This document shows positions 1-8,669 of a DNA stretch of 44,756 nt, in pieces. Within the stretch, counting starts at the first letter, position 1; the number at the start of each line of letters is the position of its first letter. The position numbers and the translations under genes were made by a program. The stretch is from a bacterium (GTDB taxonomy: Bacteria; Patescibacteriota; Minisyncoccia; UBA6257; WO2-44-18), in assembly GCA_023244815.1 (NCBI GenBank), contig JAHFLQ010000005.1, positions 1 to 44,756 on the forward strand, read 5' to 3'. The notes beneath the pieces were generated by a model. That model had not been told where the DNA came from. It saw only the letters and a program-made list of their open reading frames with translations, and did no database searches.

Positions 1-2
1 CG

Positions 3-239
3 ATATCTGTACTAATCGGACTAATCATTGGACTGTTTTATGGGTTAGTCTCTGGACTAGCCGTTGGACTAATCACTGGACTAGTCACCGGACTGTTCAA
101 TGGGTTAGCCTTTGGACTGATCTTAGAACTAGCCCTTGGACTAATCATTGGACTGATCTTTATGGTTTGCACTGTTTTTCAGCTGTTCTTCTCCAGCCCC
201 ACCTTCAAAAAGTTTTCCAGATGGCTTATGGCAAGATAA
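3..239 (+). CDS. 3' part of a membrane protein with GLxx tetrapeptide repeats (truncated by window start)
   Basis: Frame 3 is open from the window edge: ISVLIGLIIGLFYGLVSGLAVGLITGLVTGLFNGLAFGLILELALGLIIGLIFMV...RWLMAR, TAA at 237-239. It is encoded by a degenerate 12-bp GGACTAATCATT repeat and followed by a terminator. Confidence 0.75.
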   Translation: MSVLIGLIIGLFYGLVSGLAVGLITGLVTGLFNGLAFGLILELALGLIIGLIFMVCTVFQLFFSSPTFKKFSRWLMAR

Positions 240-248
240 ACTAGATTT

Positions 249-278
249 CCGCCCCGATAGACACCGGGGCGGTTTTTT
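249..278 (+). terminator. intrinsic terminator
   Basis: CCGCCCCG-atagacac-CGGGGCGG followed by TTTTTT. Confidence 0.8.
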
Positions 279-317
279 CTATACCACCATTAATGGTGAG
301 CGTAGTCGAACAGTTTG

Positions 318-345
318 TTGACAAAATTATTAGGCTTGCTATAAT
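318..345 (+). promoter_or_regulatory. sigma70 promoter P1 (extended -10)
   Basis: TTGACA(318-323), 16-nt spacer ending TGC, TATAAT(340-345). Confidence 0.85.
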
Positions 346-351
346 GCCTTT

Positions 352-452
352 ACCAGGAAGTCGGCCAGCGGGACTTCTGCTCGATCCAGATCGAGAAAAC
401 AGCTGGCAAGAAAGTGCCCCCGAGGCCTGTAGTCTCGGGGGCCTCATATTTT
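352..452 (+). ncRNA. candidate small RNA 1 with possible pseudoknot
   Basis: Downstream of P1 with no sense ORF. Stem GAAGTC/GACTTC has loop GCCAGC complementary to downstream GCTGGC; CTCGAT/ATCGAG hairpin; terminal hairpin GCCCCCGAGGC/GTCTCGGGGGC at 416-442. Confidence 0.5.
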
Positions 453-456
453 CTAC

Positions 457-485
457 TTGACTTATTCCAGATAATAATGTATATT
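457..485 (+). promoter_or_regulatory. sigma70 promoter P2
   Basis: TTGACT(457-462), 17 nt, TATATT(480-485). Confidence 0.65.
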
Positions 486-489
486 ACCA

Positions 490-556
490 GCACCGAAGTA
501 AGAGAGAAAGGTCGCATTGAAGAGGCGCTCTTTGGCTCTTACTTCGGGACAGTTTT
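490..556 (+). ncRNA. candidate small hairpin RNA 2
   Basis: Perfect 12-bp stem CCGAAGTAAGAG(493-504)/CTCTTACTTCGG(536-547) directly after P2. Confidence 0.4.
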
Positions 557-562
557 AAACTA

Positions 563-590
563 TTGACAAAATTTGGCGTGTTGCTATAAT
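563..590 (+). promoter_or_regulatory. sigma70 promoter P3 (extended -10)
   Basis: TTGACA(563-568), 16 nt ending TTGC, TATAAT(585-590); near copy of P1. Confidence 0.85.
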
Positions 591-596
591 CGCTGT

Positions 597-1025
597 AGCT
601 AATAGCCAGCTAAAAGCGAACCAAAAGCATCCCAAGTGGCACCCACCGATGTCGCTCATCGGTGGCAGGTTTGAGGAAGTATCCAGGCCCAATACGGGCA
701 TGGCCAGCGGTCCGGGGCGAACTGCTCCGATCTGCCCCGCTGGTAGGGTGGAGGTGCGCACACACCGTCCATCTCTGGATACTTCTGGGGCTATGACCGG
801 GCCATAGAGGCTCGGCTCACCTGTCCGTAGTTTCGCGGGGAACGCCCGCGAAATGACCGGAGAAAGCCCACTTTTCTACCCTGGAAGGGCTGGGGTCGCT
901 AACGCGACTCCTCGTGAGGTCGGCTCGCTCAGTCGTTTAGCGACTGGGGAACGACTACTCTTCCAAATTTTGCCCCGCCTCCATCAAATGAAGTAGATGA
1001 TGGATCGTGGGGCTTTTTATTTTTT
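597..1025 (+). ncRNA. candidate large structured RNA (~420 nt), family not recognised
   Basis: Lies between P3 and a terminator; no sense ORF of 60 aa or more. At least 9 stems, e.g. CCACCGATG/CATCGGTGG, GAAGTATCCAG/CTGGATACTTC, TTTCGCGGG/CCCGCGAAA, GGGGTCGC/GCGACTCC, CAGTCG/CGACTG. Confidence 0.6.
972..1025 (+). terminator. intrinsic terminator of the large RNA
   Basis: GCCCCGC..TCCATCA/TGATGGA..GTGGGGC then TTTTTATTTTTT. Confidence 0.75.
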
Positions 1026-1080
1026 ATAATTAACTTAAACTACCAAGGCCCTTTTTGAAATTTTATAAAATACTTTGGTT

Positions 1081-1127
1081 GTAGGCCGGGTTGCTATCCT
1101 TAGCGACGACCGTCCGCAAGGATAGCA
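1081..1127 (+). repeat. GTAG-N7 + 36-bp palindrome, solo copy
   Basis: GTAG(1081-84), then TGCTATCCTTAGC-GACG-AC-CGTC-CGCAAGGATAGCA(1092-1127); same geometry and core as the copies at 38488 and 39128. Confidence 0.65.
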
Positions 1128-1170
1128 CGAAGGCCGTACCCAAAAGAGCCCCTATGTTATAATTTAAAAA

Positions 1171-1902
1171 ATGGCGAAACCCTTCCTTTCGGTCATAATT
1201 CCCGCTTATAACGAAGCCAAGCGGCTTCCTTTGACGCTGATAGATGTGGATAAGCACCTTTCCCAGCAGGAATATTCCTACGAAATCATCGTGGTTAATG
1301 ACGGCTCCAAAGACGCAACGGCCGAAATTGTCGAGCGTTTTAAACCATTGATTGAAAATCTAAAACTCATAGATAACAAAGAAAATCACGGTAAGGGCGC
1401 GGTAGTGCGGCAAGGAATGCTTGCGGCAAGGGGAAATTGGCGCGTTTTTATGGACGCCGACAATTCCACTTCCATTACTGAATTTAACAAAATGATGCCT
1501 TACATTGACCAGGGGCATGAGGTCATTATCGGCTCACGCGCCGTAAGAGGAGCCAAGATGAATCCGCCCCAGCCAATTTACAAACGCCTGATGGGCCGGC
1601 TGGGAAATTATTTTATCCAGTTAATGGTGCTCAAGGGCATCAAAGATAGCCAGTGCGGATTTAAGTGCTTTTCGGAAGAAGCGGCCAGCCGGATTTTCCC
1701 TATAATCAAAATTAACCGCTGGGGTTTTGATATCGAAGCGCTGGCTCTGGCGCGCGCGATGGACTATGACGTTAAAGAAGTGCCGGTTTATTGGGTGAAC
1801 GATCCGCGCACCCATGTTTCTCTCCGGTCTTATATTCAGGTGCTGGGCGAGACGCTAAAAGTCCGCTGGTGGTTGTGGAGAAAAGCCTACAGGTTGTTAT
1901 AG
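1171..1902 (+). CDS. GT2 glycosyltransferase, dolichyl-phosphate beta-glucosyltransferase-like
   Basis: SVIIPAYNE, VNDGSKD, GKGAVV, DAD, DSQCGFK and WGFDIE motifs; TATAAT 7 nt before ATG. Confidence 0.9.
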   Translation: MAKPFLSVIIPAYNEAKRLPLTLIDVDKHLSQQEYSYEIIVVNDGSKDATAEIVERFKPLIENLKLIDNKENHGKGAVVRQGMLAARGNWRVFMDADNSTSITEFNKMMPYIDQGHEVIIGSRAVRGAKMNPPQPIYKRLMGRLGNYFIQLMVLKGIKDSQCGFKCFSEEAASRIFPIIKINRWGFDIEALALARAMDYDVKEVPVYWVNDPRTHVSLRSYIQVLGETLKVRWWLWRKAYRLL

Positions 1903-1931
1903 TTGTGGTTGTTTGGTATCATTGCTAAATT

Positions 1932-2384
1932 ATGGAACATTACTTAACTCCGGAACGGCTGGAAGAATTAAAAAAAGAGCTTGAGGAATTAAAAACCGCT
2001 CGCCGCGCGGATGTAGCGGAGCGCTTGAAGCGTGCCAAAGAACTGGGCGATCTTTCGGAAAACGCGGAATACATGGAAGCTCGTGAGGAACAAACTCAGG
2101 TGGAAACCCGAATTGTTGAATTGGAAGACATCATCAAAAATGCTTCGGTCATTAAGCACACTAACGGCAACAAAGTTCAGATTGGATCAACGGTGGAAAT
2201 GGAGCGAGACGGCAATAAAATGACGCTGACGATCGTCGGTCCCAATGAAGCTGATCCCACGGCCGGAAAAATTTCCAATGAATCTCCGATGGGCAAGGCC
2301 TTTCTCGGCCACGCGAGCAACGACTCTGTTAAAGTAAAAACTCCCGGCGGCGAGGTAACGTATAAAATCCTTTCTATAAGGTAA
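1932..2384 (+). CDS. greA: transcription elongation factor GreA
   Basis: GDLSENAEY and ISNESPMGKA motifs. Confidence 0.97.
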   Translation: MEHYLTPERLEELKKELEELKTARRADVAERLKRAKELGDLSENAEYMEAREEQTQVETRIVELEDIIKNASVIKHTNGNKVQIGSTVEMERDGNKMTLTIVGPNEADPTAGKISNESPMGKAFLGHASNDSVKVKTPGGEVTYKILSIR

Positions 2385-3727
2385 TGCTGGAGGATATCCG
2401 CAAAGAACGGCTTAAGAAAAAAGAACAGCTGGAGAGGCTTGGCTATGATATTTATCCCGCCCGAGTTAAACGCACCAATTCAATCGGTGGCGTTGTTCAA
2501 TCTTTCGCGGCACTGTCCAAAAAGAAAACTACAATATCTATCGCCGGACGGGTGATGGGCCTGCGCGTGCAAGGCGCGATTGGATTTGCCGATCTGATGG
2601 ATGCGAGCGGTAAGATTCAGGTTTTTTTAAAAAAGGACAATCTGAAGAGTTTTACGGTTCTTAAAGCAAATCTGGATATCGGTGATTTTCTGGAAGTTGG
2701 CGGCACGCTTTTTAAAACGAAAGCCGGCGAAAAGACTATCGAGGCAAAAAGCGCGCGGATTATTGTAAAAGCGCTCCGTCCTTTGCCGTCGGTTTGGCAC
2801 GGTCTGCAAGACGTCGAAGAGCGCTACCGCAAACGCTATCTTGATTTAGTTCTTAATCCGGAAGTTAAAGAGAAGCTCATTGAGCGCTCTAAAATAATTG
2901 AGTACCTTCGTGAAACCCTGGCCAAAGAAGATTTTTTGGAAATAGAAACGCCGATGCTCCAACCGATTCCGGGCGGCACCAGGGCTCGGCCATTCAAGAC
3001 TCATCACAACGCGCTAAACGCGGACTTTTACCTGCGTATCGCGCCGGAGCTTTATTTGAAGAGATTGCTGGTCGGCGGTTTTGAGAAAATTTTTGAAATC
3101 GGGCGCAATTTTCGTAATGAGGGAATCGATCGCGCGCATAACCCGGAATTTACAATGCTGGAGCTCTATTGGGCGTATCAGGACTATGAAGGCTTGATGA
3201 AGTTTACTGAAAAATTGTTGAAGAAATTCATACCCGGCAAATGGGAGCGAATTAAATATACCGACGCGTTGAAAAAATATTCCGGCAAAGATTACAAATC
3301 CATTAAGCCGGAACAATTAGACGAATTTTTCAAAAAAGAAGTCCGACCGAAAATTATCAAGCCGACATTTGTGACTGACTATCCGGCGTCTGTGCTCGCG
3401 CTGGCTAAGTTTGATGAGAAAAATAAATCATTGACCGAAAGTTTTCAGCTTGTTGTTGACGGTACGGAAATTATCAAAGGATTTTCCGAGCTGAATGATC
3501 CGGTAGCCCAACGAGCGCAAATGCTTGATCAGGAGGAAGAGCGCCGCGGTGGCAACGAAGAGGCGTTTCGCATGGACGAGGACTTCTTAGAGGCGTTGGA
3601 GTACGGCATGCCGCCAGCCGCCGGCTTAGGCTTGGGCATTGACCGATTGGTAGCATTAGTGACTAAATCCCACTCTGTTAAAGAAATAATCGCTTTTCCG
3701 ACTTTGCGCCCGAAGGACCTCGGGTAG
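2384..3727 (+). CDS. lysS: lysine--tRNA ligase (class II, compact form)
   Basis: OB-fold N-terminus, RYRKRYLDL, LRIAPELYLKRL, FRNEGID..HNPEFTMLE, YGMPPAAGLGLGIDRL. Confidence 0.97.
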   Translation: MLEDIRKERLKKKEQLERLGYDIYPARVKRTNSIGGVVQSFAALSKKKTTISIAGRVMGLRVQGAIGFADLMDASGKIQVFLKKDNLKSFTVLKANLDIGDFLEVGGTLFKTKAGEKTIEAKSARIIVKALRPLPSVWHGLQDVEERYRKRYLDLVLNPEVKEKLIERSKIIEYLRETLAKEDFLEIETPMLQPIPGGTRARPFKTHHNALNADFYLRIAPELYLKRLLVGGFEKIFEIGRNFRNEGIDRAHNPEFTMLELYWAYQDYEGLMKFTEKLLKKFIPGKWERIKYTDALKKYSGKDYKSIKPEQLDEFFKKEVRPKIIKPTFVTDYPASVLALAKFDEKNKSLTESFQLVVDGTEIIKGFSELNDPVAQRAQMLDQEEERRGGNEEAFRMDEDFLEALEYGMPPAAGLGLGIDRLVALVTKSHSVKEIIAFPTLRPKDLG

Positions 3728-3747
3728 TTATTTTTCGGAAACAGAAT

Positions 3748-3775
3748 AATCCGGCTCCTGCGGCCGGATTTTCTT
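3748..3775 (+). terminator. intrinsic terminator
   Basis: AATCCGGC/GCCGGATT then TTCTT. Confidence 0.6.
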
Positions 3776-3820
3776 CACCCTCGGTTTTGTTTATTACAAA
3801 ATATAGCTATAATAATTCTT

Positions 3821-5107
3821 ATGCTGGATGTTGAGCTGATCCGCAAAGACCCGGAAAAAGTTAAGGACGGGATCGCGAAAAAGAACGTGGACACAAGCGT
3901 CGTGGACGAATTTTTGAGTTTGGATAAGTCCTGGCGGGAGCTGGTAAAATCTACCGACGAAAAGCGGGCGCTTCTGAATAAATTCAGCAAAGAGCGTAAT
4001 ATCGAAGAGGCGAAAAAGGTTAAGGAACAGATAAAAAGCGAAGAGGCACGATTACCGGAGTTGGAAGCCCAACGGCTCAAAACCCTACGCTCCATTCCTA
4101 ATTTGCCACTGCCGGAAGTAGCTGTAGGAAAAGACGCAAGAGAAAATAAAACTTTACGTGAAGTTGGGGAGAAGCCGAAATTTGATTTTCCGGCGCAAGA
4201 TTACGTTGAGCTTAGTGAGAAGCTGGATTTAATAGATACCGCCCGCGCCGCCAAAGTTTCCGGCAGCCGTTTCGGATATCTGAAGCACGAAGCCCCGCTG
4301 TTGGAGTTCGCGTTAATTCAATTGGCGCTGAATCTCTTAACCAGCGAGAAAGAGATCGGTAAACTTATAAAAGCGAATAAATTAAATATTCCCGCGAAAG
4401 CCTTTATTCCGGTTATTCCGCCGGTGCTTATCAAGCCGGAAGCCATGCAGGCGATGGGCTATATGGAGCGCGGCGGTGACGAGATTTATCAGATAGAAAA
4501 GGACCAACTTTACTTGGTCGGCACCTCCGAGCAATCTATGGGGCCGATGCACATGAATGAGAACTTTCAAAAAGATAGCTTACCGCATCGTCACATTGGT
4601 TTTTCTACCTGCTTCCGTCGCGAGGCCGGATCTTATGGCAAAGACACCAAAGGGATCTTGCGTGTCCATCAATTTGATAAATTGGAGATGTTCGTGACCT
4701 GCGCGCCGGAAACTTCACAAGACGAGCATAAACTTCTGCTGGCTATTGAAGAAAAGTTAATGCAAATGCTGGAATTGCCATACCGTGTGCTGGATATTTG
4801 TAGCGGCGATCTCGGCGATCCGGCAGCGGCGAAATACGATATAGAAGTTTGGCTACCCGGGCAGAATGAGGGCAGTGGGCAATATCGCGAAACCCACTCT
4901 GCTTCTAACACCACCGATTACCAGGCGCGGCGCCTGAATGTAAAAATTAGGCCGGATAATATTTACGTGCATATGCTCAATGGCACCTGCTTCGCCATCG
5001 GCCGTATACTGATCGCGATTATTGAAAATTACCAGATGAAAGATGGGACAGTAAAAGTTCCGAAGGCACTGCAGCAGTACTTGAATTTTAAAGAAATTAA
5101 GCGATAA
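3821..5107 (+). CDS. serS: serine--tRNA ligase
   Basis: MLD..IR, IPNLP, GTSEQ, CFRREAGSYGKDTKGILRVHQFDKLE, NGTCFA motifs. Confidence 0.97.
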   Translation: MLDVELIRKDPEKVKDGIAKKNVDTSVVDEFLSLDKSWRELVKSTDEKRALLNKFSKERNIEEAKKVKEQIKSEEARLPELEAQRLKTLRSIPNLPLPEVAVGKDARENKTLREVGEKPKFDFPAQDYVELSEKLDLIDTARAAKVSGSRFGYLKHEAPLLEFALIQLALNLLTSEKEIGKLIKANKLNIPAKAFIPVIPPVLIKPEAMQAMGYMERGGDEIYQIEKDQLYLVGTSEQSMGPMHMNENFQKDSLPHRHIGFSTCFRREAGSYGKDTKGILRVHQFDKLEMFVTCAPETSQDEHKLLLAIEEKLMQMLELPYRVLDICSGDLGDPAAAKYDIEVWLPGQNEGSGQYRETHSASNTTDYQARRLNVKIRPDNIYVHMLNGTCFAIGRILIAIIENYQMKDGTVKVPKALQQYLNFKEIKR

Positions 5108-5147
5108 TATAGGCAGTTCCTTCATATAGGAGGTTCATCTGAAAAAG

Positions 5148-5504
5148 GTGCTGCGTTACCTGCTTTCTAAATATACAACTGCGACCGTTCTTGCGATCTT
5201 CACCGTTTTCGATGTTTTGTTTACCATCCTAATCCTCCGTCGTTTCAAGGACGTGCTCGGCTCCGAAAACGCGGAGCAAAACGTGATCTTACGCCAACTT
5301 TTCAGCATCTTCGGCATTGAATACACCATGCTGTTGCTTTTTCCGCTGGCGATGCTTTTGGTAATTCTTTGTGTGGTTCGGTTTTGGGATACGCGCGGAT
5401 TGTGCTGGCCGGTCCGAATCTACGCCTGCTACCTTTGCCTGGCCAGGATCTACCTTCTCACTAATAACTTTTCGGTGCTCGCCGCGCTGATAACTGATCG
5501 TTAG
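5148..5504 (+). CDS. small multi-pass membrane protein (DUF5658-like)
   Basis: Three hydrophobic segments, D..T and AEQN motifs; own -10, AGGAGG and terminator at 5511-5538. Confidence 0.6.
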   Translation: MLRYLLSKYTTATVLAIFTVFDVLFTILILRRFKDVLGSENAEQNVILRQLFSIFGIEYTMLLLFPLAMLLVILCVVRFWDTRGLCWPVRIYACYLCLARIYLLTNNFSVLAALITDR

Positions 5505-5555
5505 CTTCAGAAAAACGGCTTTTCAAAAGCTGTTTTTTATTGTAATATCAAGACA

Positions 5556-6665
5556 ATGAATAAGACCTGGATTGAAATAAATAAAACTGCCGCCCGCCAA
5601 AATATTGAGAAAATTAAAGCTCTGCTTCAACCGAAAACCAAACTTTGGGCCGTAGTGAAGTCCAATGCTTATGGCCACGGTCTTTCCGTTTTTTCCAAAA
5701 TCGCCAACGAAAATGGGGCGGACGGATTTTGCGTGGACAGCGTTATTGAAGGGGAAAAGTTGCGGCAGGAGGGGATTAAAAAGCCGATTTTGGTCCTTGG
5801 GCCAACCTTTAAGCGTTTTTTCCCATCAGCTGTTAAAAATAAAATCACAATAACTATTTCTAATTTGGAAAGCCTGAAAGAGTTGGTCCAGTCAAAATCC
5901 AAGCCCGAGTTTCATCTTAAAATTGACACCGGCATGCACCGACAAGGTTTCTATGCCCCCGAATTGTCAAAAGTCGTTCGCCTGCTCAAGACTCAAAAAG
6001 TCAGGAACTCAATAACTGGCGTGTACACCCACCTTGCCTCCGCGAAAGATATCAACTACCCAACCTTTACTGACCTCCAATTTAAGGAATTCCAAAAAGC
6101 CATAAAATTATTGGAACGGGCAGGCTTCCGGAATTTGATTAAGCATGCCGCGGCTACCGGCGGGACTTTAATAAATCCAAAATACCATCTGGATGCGGCT
6201 AGGATTGGGATAGGCCTATACGGTCTTTGGCCGTCAATGGAGCTGGCAATCCAATTATCTAAAATCAAGTTTAAACCGGTTTTATCGTGGCGAGCGCTGG
6301 TGAGCGAAATTAAAAGTTTAAGAACTGGCGATTACGTTGGCTATGATTTGACCGAGAGGATTCAAAGGCCCAGTAAGGCGGCTATTCTGCCCATTGGCTA
6401 TTGGCACGGCTTTCCCAGGGCCCTTTCTGGAATCGGCGAGGTTTTAATCGGCGGTAAAAAATGTCGGGTACTGGGGCGAGTTTCAATGGATATGATTATT
6501 GTCGATGTAACTGGAGTGAAATGCGAGCGCGGGAGCAGGGCGACTTTAATCGGCAAACAGGCCAGTTTCGAAATAACTGTTTACGATATGGCTCGCAAAC
6601 TGGGAGCTAGCCACTATGAAATTATTACCAGAATAAACCCATTGATCGAACGTGTTATTGTCTAA
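5556..6665 (+). CDS. alr: alanine racemase
   Basis: AVVKSNAYGHG (PLP lysine), HLKIDTGMHRQG, RIGIGLYG, GRVSMDM. Confidence 0.96.
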   Translation: MNKTWIEINKTAARQNIEKIKALLQPKTKLWAVVKSNAYGHGLSVFSKIANENGADGFCVDSVIEGEKLRQEGIKKPILVLGPTFKRFFPSAVKNKITITISNLESLKELVQSKSKPEFHLKIDTGMHRQGFYAPELSKVVRLLKTQKVRNSITGVYTHLASAKDINYPTFTDLQFKEFQKAIKLLERAGFRNLIKHAAATGGTLINPKYHLDAARIGIGLYGLWPSMELAIQLSKIKFKPVLSWRALVSEIKSLRTGDYVGYDLTERIQRPSKAAILPIGYWHGFPRALSGIGEVLIGGKKCRVLGRVSMDMIIVDVTGVKCERGSRATLIGKQASFEITVYDMARKLGASHYEIITRINPLIERVIV

Positions 6666-7392
6666 AGCAGACAAACGGCGGCATTACCAGCGAGTACGCC
6701 TGAAACTTTATTGCAGCGCCGGTTTCCTTGTCCTGCTTTTAATTTTTGGTTTTTACGGTTTATTGAATTTCCCCGCCCTGAAAATAAAAAAAATAGAAAT
6801 TGAGGGTGTAACGAAACTAGAAGATATCCGGCCCACGGTTTTAAGCGGCGCATTAGCACGAGTTTTGGGGGCGAGCAATTTCTATTCTTGGCCAAAAAAA
6901 GTTGGGATGATTGATATTAAAAAAGACTACTCCACTGGCACTCTAACGCTTGTCGGAATAGCATCGGAGCGATTCGCAATCTGGTGCGCTGCGGTCAGTT
7001 CGGCACAAGCATCTTGTTTTTGGGTAAATCGTGAAGGACTGGCGCTCGAAGAGGCGCCGGATACAGAGGGAGCGTCTATCGCCAAGGTAAATGATAATCG
7101 CGATCTCATGCCTGTCACCGGAAAGCCAATCTTATTGAGATACTTCCCAAGCGTTACTAGAATTATTGCCGGCTTAGCCAATTTGCCCATCAGCATTGCA
7201 AGTTTTTCTTATAATGACCGTCTTCAGGAACTTACGGCAACCGGCGTAAGAGGTGAGCGGATGATTTTCAGTGTCCGCTTTATTCTGGACGAAAAAGCCC
7301 TTACTTCTCTTGGAGGCCTTATTCAATCCGGCAAGCTTCGCAATTCGGAATATGCCGATTTTACAGTGGAAAACAGGATTTATTTAAAGTAG
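6652..7392 (+). CDS. FtsQ/DivIB-like cell division protein (divergent)
   Basis: Basic N-tail, single TM, IKKIEIEG POTRA-like start, C-terminal YADFTVENRIYLK resembling the FtsQ YIDLR motif. Confidence 0.6.
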   Translation: MLLSKADKRRHYQRVRLKLYCSAGFLVLLLIFGFYGLLNFPALKIKKIEIEGVTKLEDIRPTVLSGALARVLGASNFYSWPKKVGMIDIKKDYSTGTLTLVGIASERFAIWCAAVSSAQASCFWVNREGLALEEAPDTEGASIAKVNDNRDLMPVTGKPILLRYFPSVTRIIAGLANLPISIASFSYNDRLQELTATGVRGERMIFSVRFILDEKALTSLGGLIQSGKLRNSEYADFTVENRIYLK

Positions 7393-7474
7393 CGGCAGCA
7401 ATTTACTTTTATTACGAGCGGCGGTATTCTAAAAGGCAGTATCTTGTACTTCGAAAATAGAAAAGGAGACGCCG

Positions 7475-8014
7475 ATGGCTACAAGATGGCTTTTCCTGCG
7501 GTGGGCCTTGATAGCAAGCCTTACGATAGTCGCAACCATCATCGCGTTTTTTCTGGGACTATTCCGTGCCACCTGGGAATTGGATTCCTCAAAGATAAGT
7601 TTTCTCATTCTGGCGTTTTTCCTGTTTGGCACCATCCGTTCCGGCCTGCTTACTTGGCAGACCAATAGCCTGCTGGAGAAATCGCGGAGCCAGTTAAGCG
7701 ATCAGCAACTTCGTCAGGCGCTCAGTGGGCTAGCGCAACAGAATGACAATGGCTGGTTTGTCAGAACCCTTTGCCAAGAACTCGGATATCTTGGAACGAT
7801 TATCGGGTTGGTGATGGCCTTCGCTAGTTTGGGCAATCTTCACAACACCGAACAGGCATCAGTGATGCGCTTTTTGAGGGAATTCACTTACAGTATGTTT
7901 ACCGCCGCCATCACTACGGTCGTCGGGCTGATCTGCAGCATCCTGCTCTCCTTTCAATGCCAGAATCTTAGCAACGCCATTGATCAGAAATTGAACGGAG
8001 GTCCAGATGACTAG
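7475..8014 (+). CDS. MotA/TolQ/ExbB proton-channel family protein
   Basis: 4 TM segments; LGYLGTIIGL and AAITTVVGL match ExbB/TolQ TM motifs. Confidence 0.8.
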   Translation: MATRWLFLRWALIASLTIVATIIAFFLGLFRATWELDSSKISFLILAFFLFGTIRSGLLTWQTNSLLEKSRSQLSDQQLRQALSGLAQQNDNGWFVRTLCQELGYLGTIIGLVMAFASLGNLHNTEQASVMRFLREFTYSMFTAAITTVVGLICSILLSFQCQNLSNAIDQKLNGGPDD

Positions 8015-8669
8015 AAATCAAAAGCCTTCGGGAATTGCTCAATTGGATACCATCTCCAATACCTTGCTGGGATTTATTTTCTTGTTTGTTATCGTTTTGT
8101 TGTTAATCAGCAAATCATTGAAAGAAGAGAAAAAGAAGATTGATACCGCGGGTATGTTTCTCGTTACGGTTTGTTGGGACGACCGGGTCAATGACGATGT
8201 GGACACCTATGTCATTGACCCTGCCGGGCACTTCGTTTTTTTCAACCGCCAAGAAGACGGGTTGATGCACCTGGAACGCGACGATCGCGGCTTGATCAAT
8301 GATTCTTTTCTTGATAAAAGCGGCGGGCGAGTTGAAATACAAAAAAACGAAGAGCGAGTAGTGATCCGGGGGGTAATTCCCGGAGAGTATATTGTCAATG
8401 TCCACATGTACCGCAAAGACGCCAATGTCTCTAAGCCGACAACGGTTAAGGTGGCCCTGATCAAACTAGTAGGGCAGGATACGGCCATTACCGAAAAGGA
8501 GGTAGTGCTTGCCCAGGAGGGCGACGAGAAAACTGCTTTTCGCTTTCAACTATCTGCCGACGGCCAGGTATCCAACATAAATTATTTACAGCGTAAGATA
8601 GTCGGCCCAGGCGGCCTGCCCATGCCAAGCAACGCAGAGCCGAACAGCCCGAACCAGGAGGACAGGTAA
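8007..8669 (+). CDS. single-TM partner (ExbD/MotB-like TM Asp) with YfaP/DUF2135-like extracytoplasmic domain
   Basis: QLDTISNTLLGFIFLFVIVLLLI TM with Asp; W..DDVDTYVIDPAG, HLERDD, NEE, PGEYIVNVHMY; overlaps the upstream stop. Confidence 0.65.
   Translation: MTRNQKPSGIAQLDTISNTLLGFIFLFVIVLLLISKSLKEEKKKIDTAGMFLVTVCWDDRVNDDVDTYVIDPAGHFVFFNRQEDGLMHLERDDRGLINDSFLDKSGGRVEIQKNEERVVIRGVIPGEYIVNVHMYRKDANVSKPTTVKVALIKLVGQDTAITEKEVVLAQEGDEKTAFRFQLSADGQVSNINYLQRKIVGPGGLPMPSNAEPNSPNQEDR

Noticed and set aside
241-761. Two 68-aa minus-strand ORFs in the non-coding cluster
   Set aside because: They cross plus-strand promoters and stems, with no RBS or recognisable motifs.
597-1025. RNase P RNA, tmRNA, T-box or group I intron
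   Set aside because: GAGGAAGT resembles CR-I but pairs in a local 11-bp stem and no CR-V is visible. No tRNA-like ends; AGGGTGG lacks the T-box ACC; AACGACTA has no matching S element. Rejected by eye only, so cmscan is still needed.
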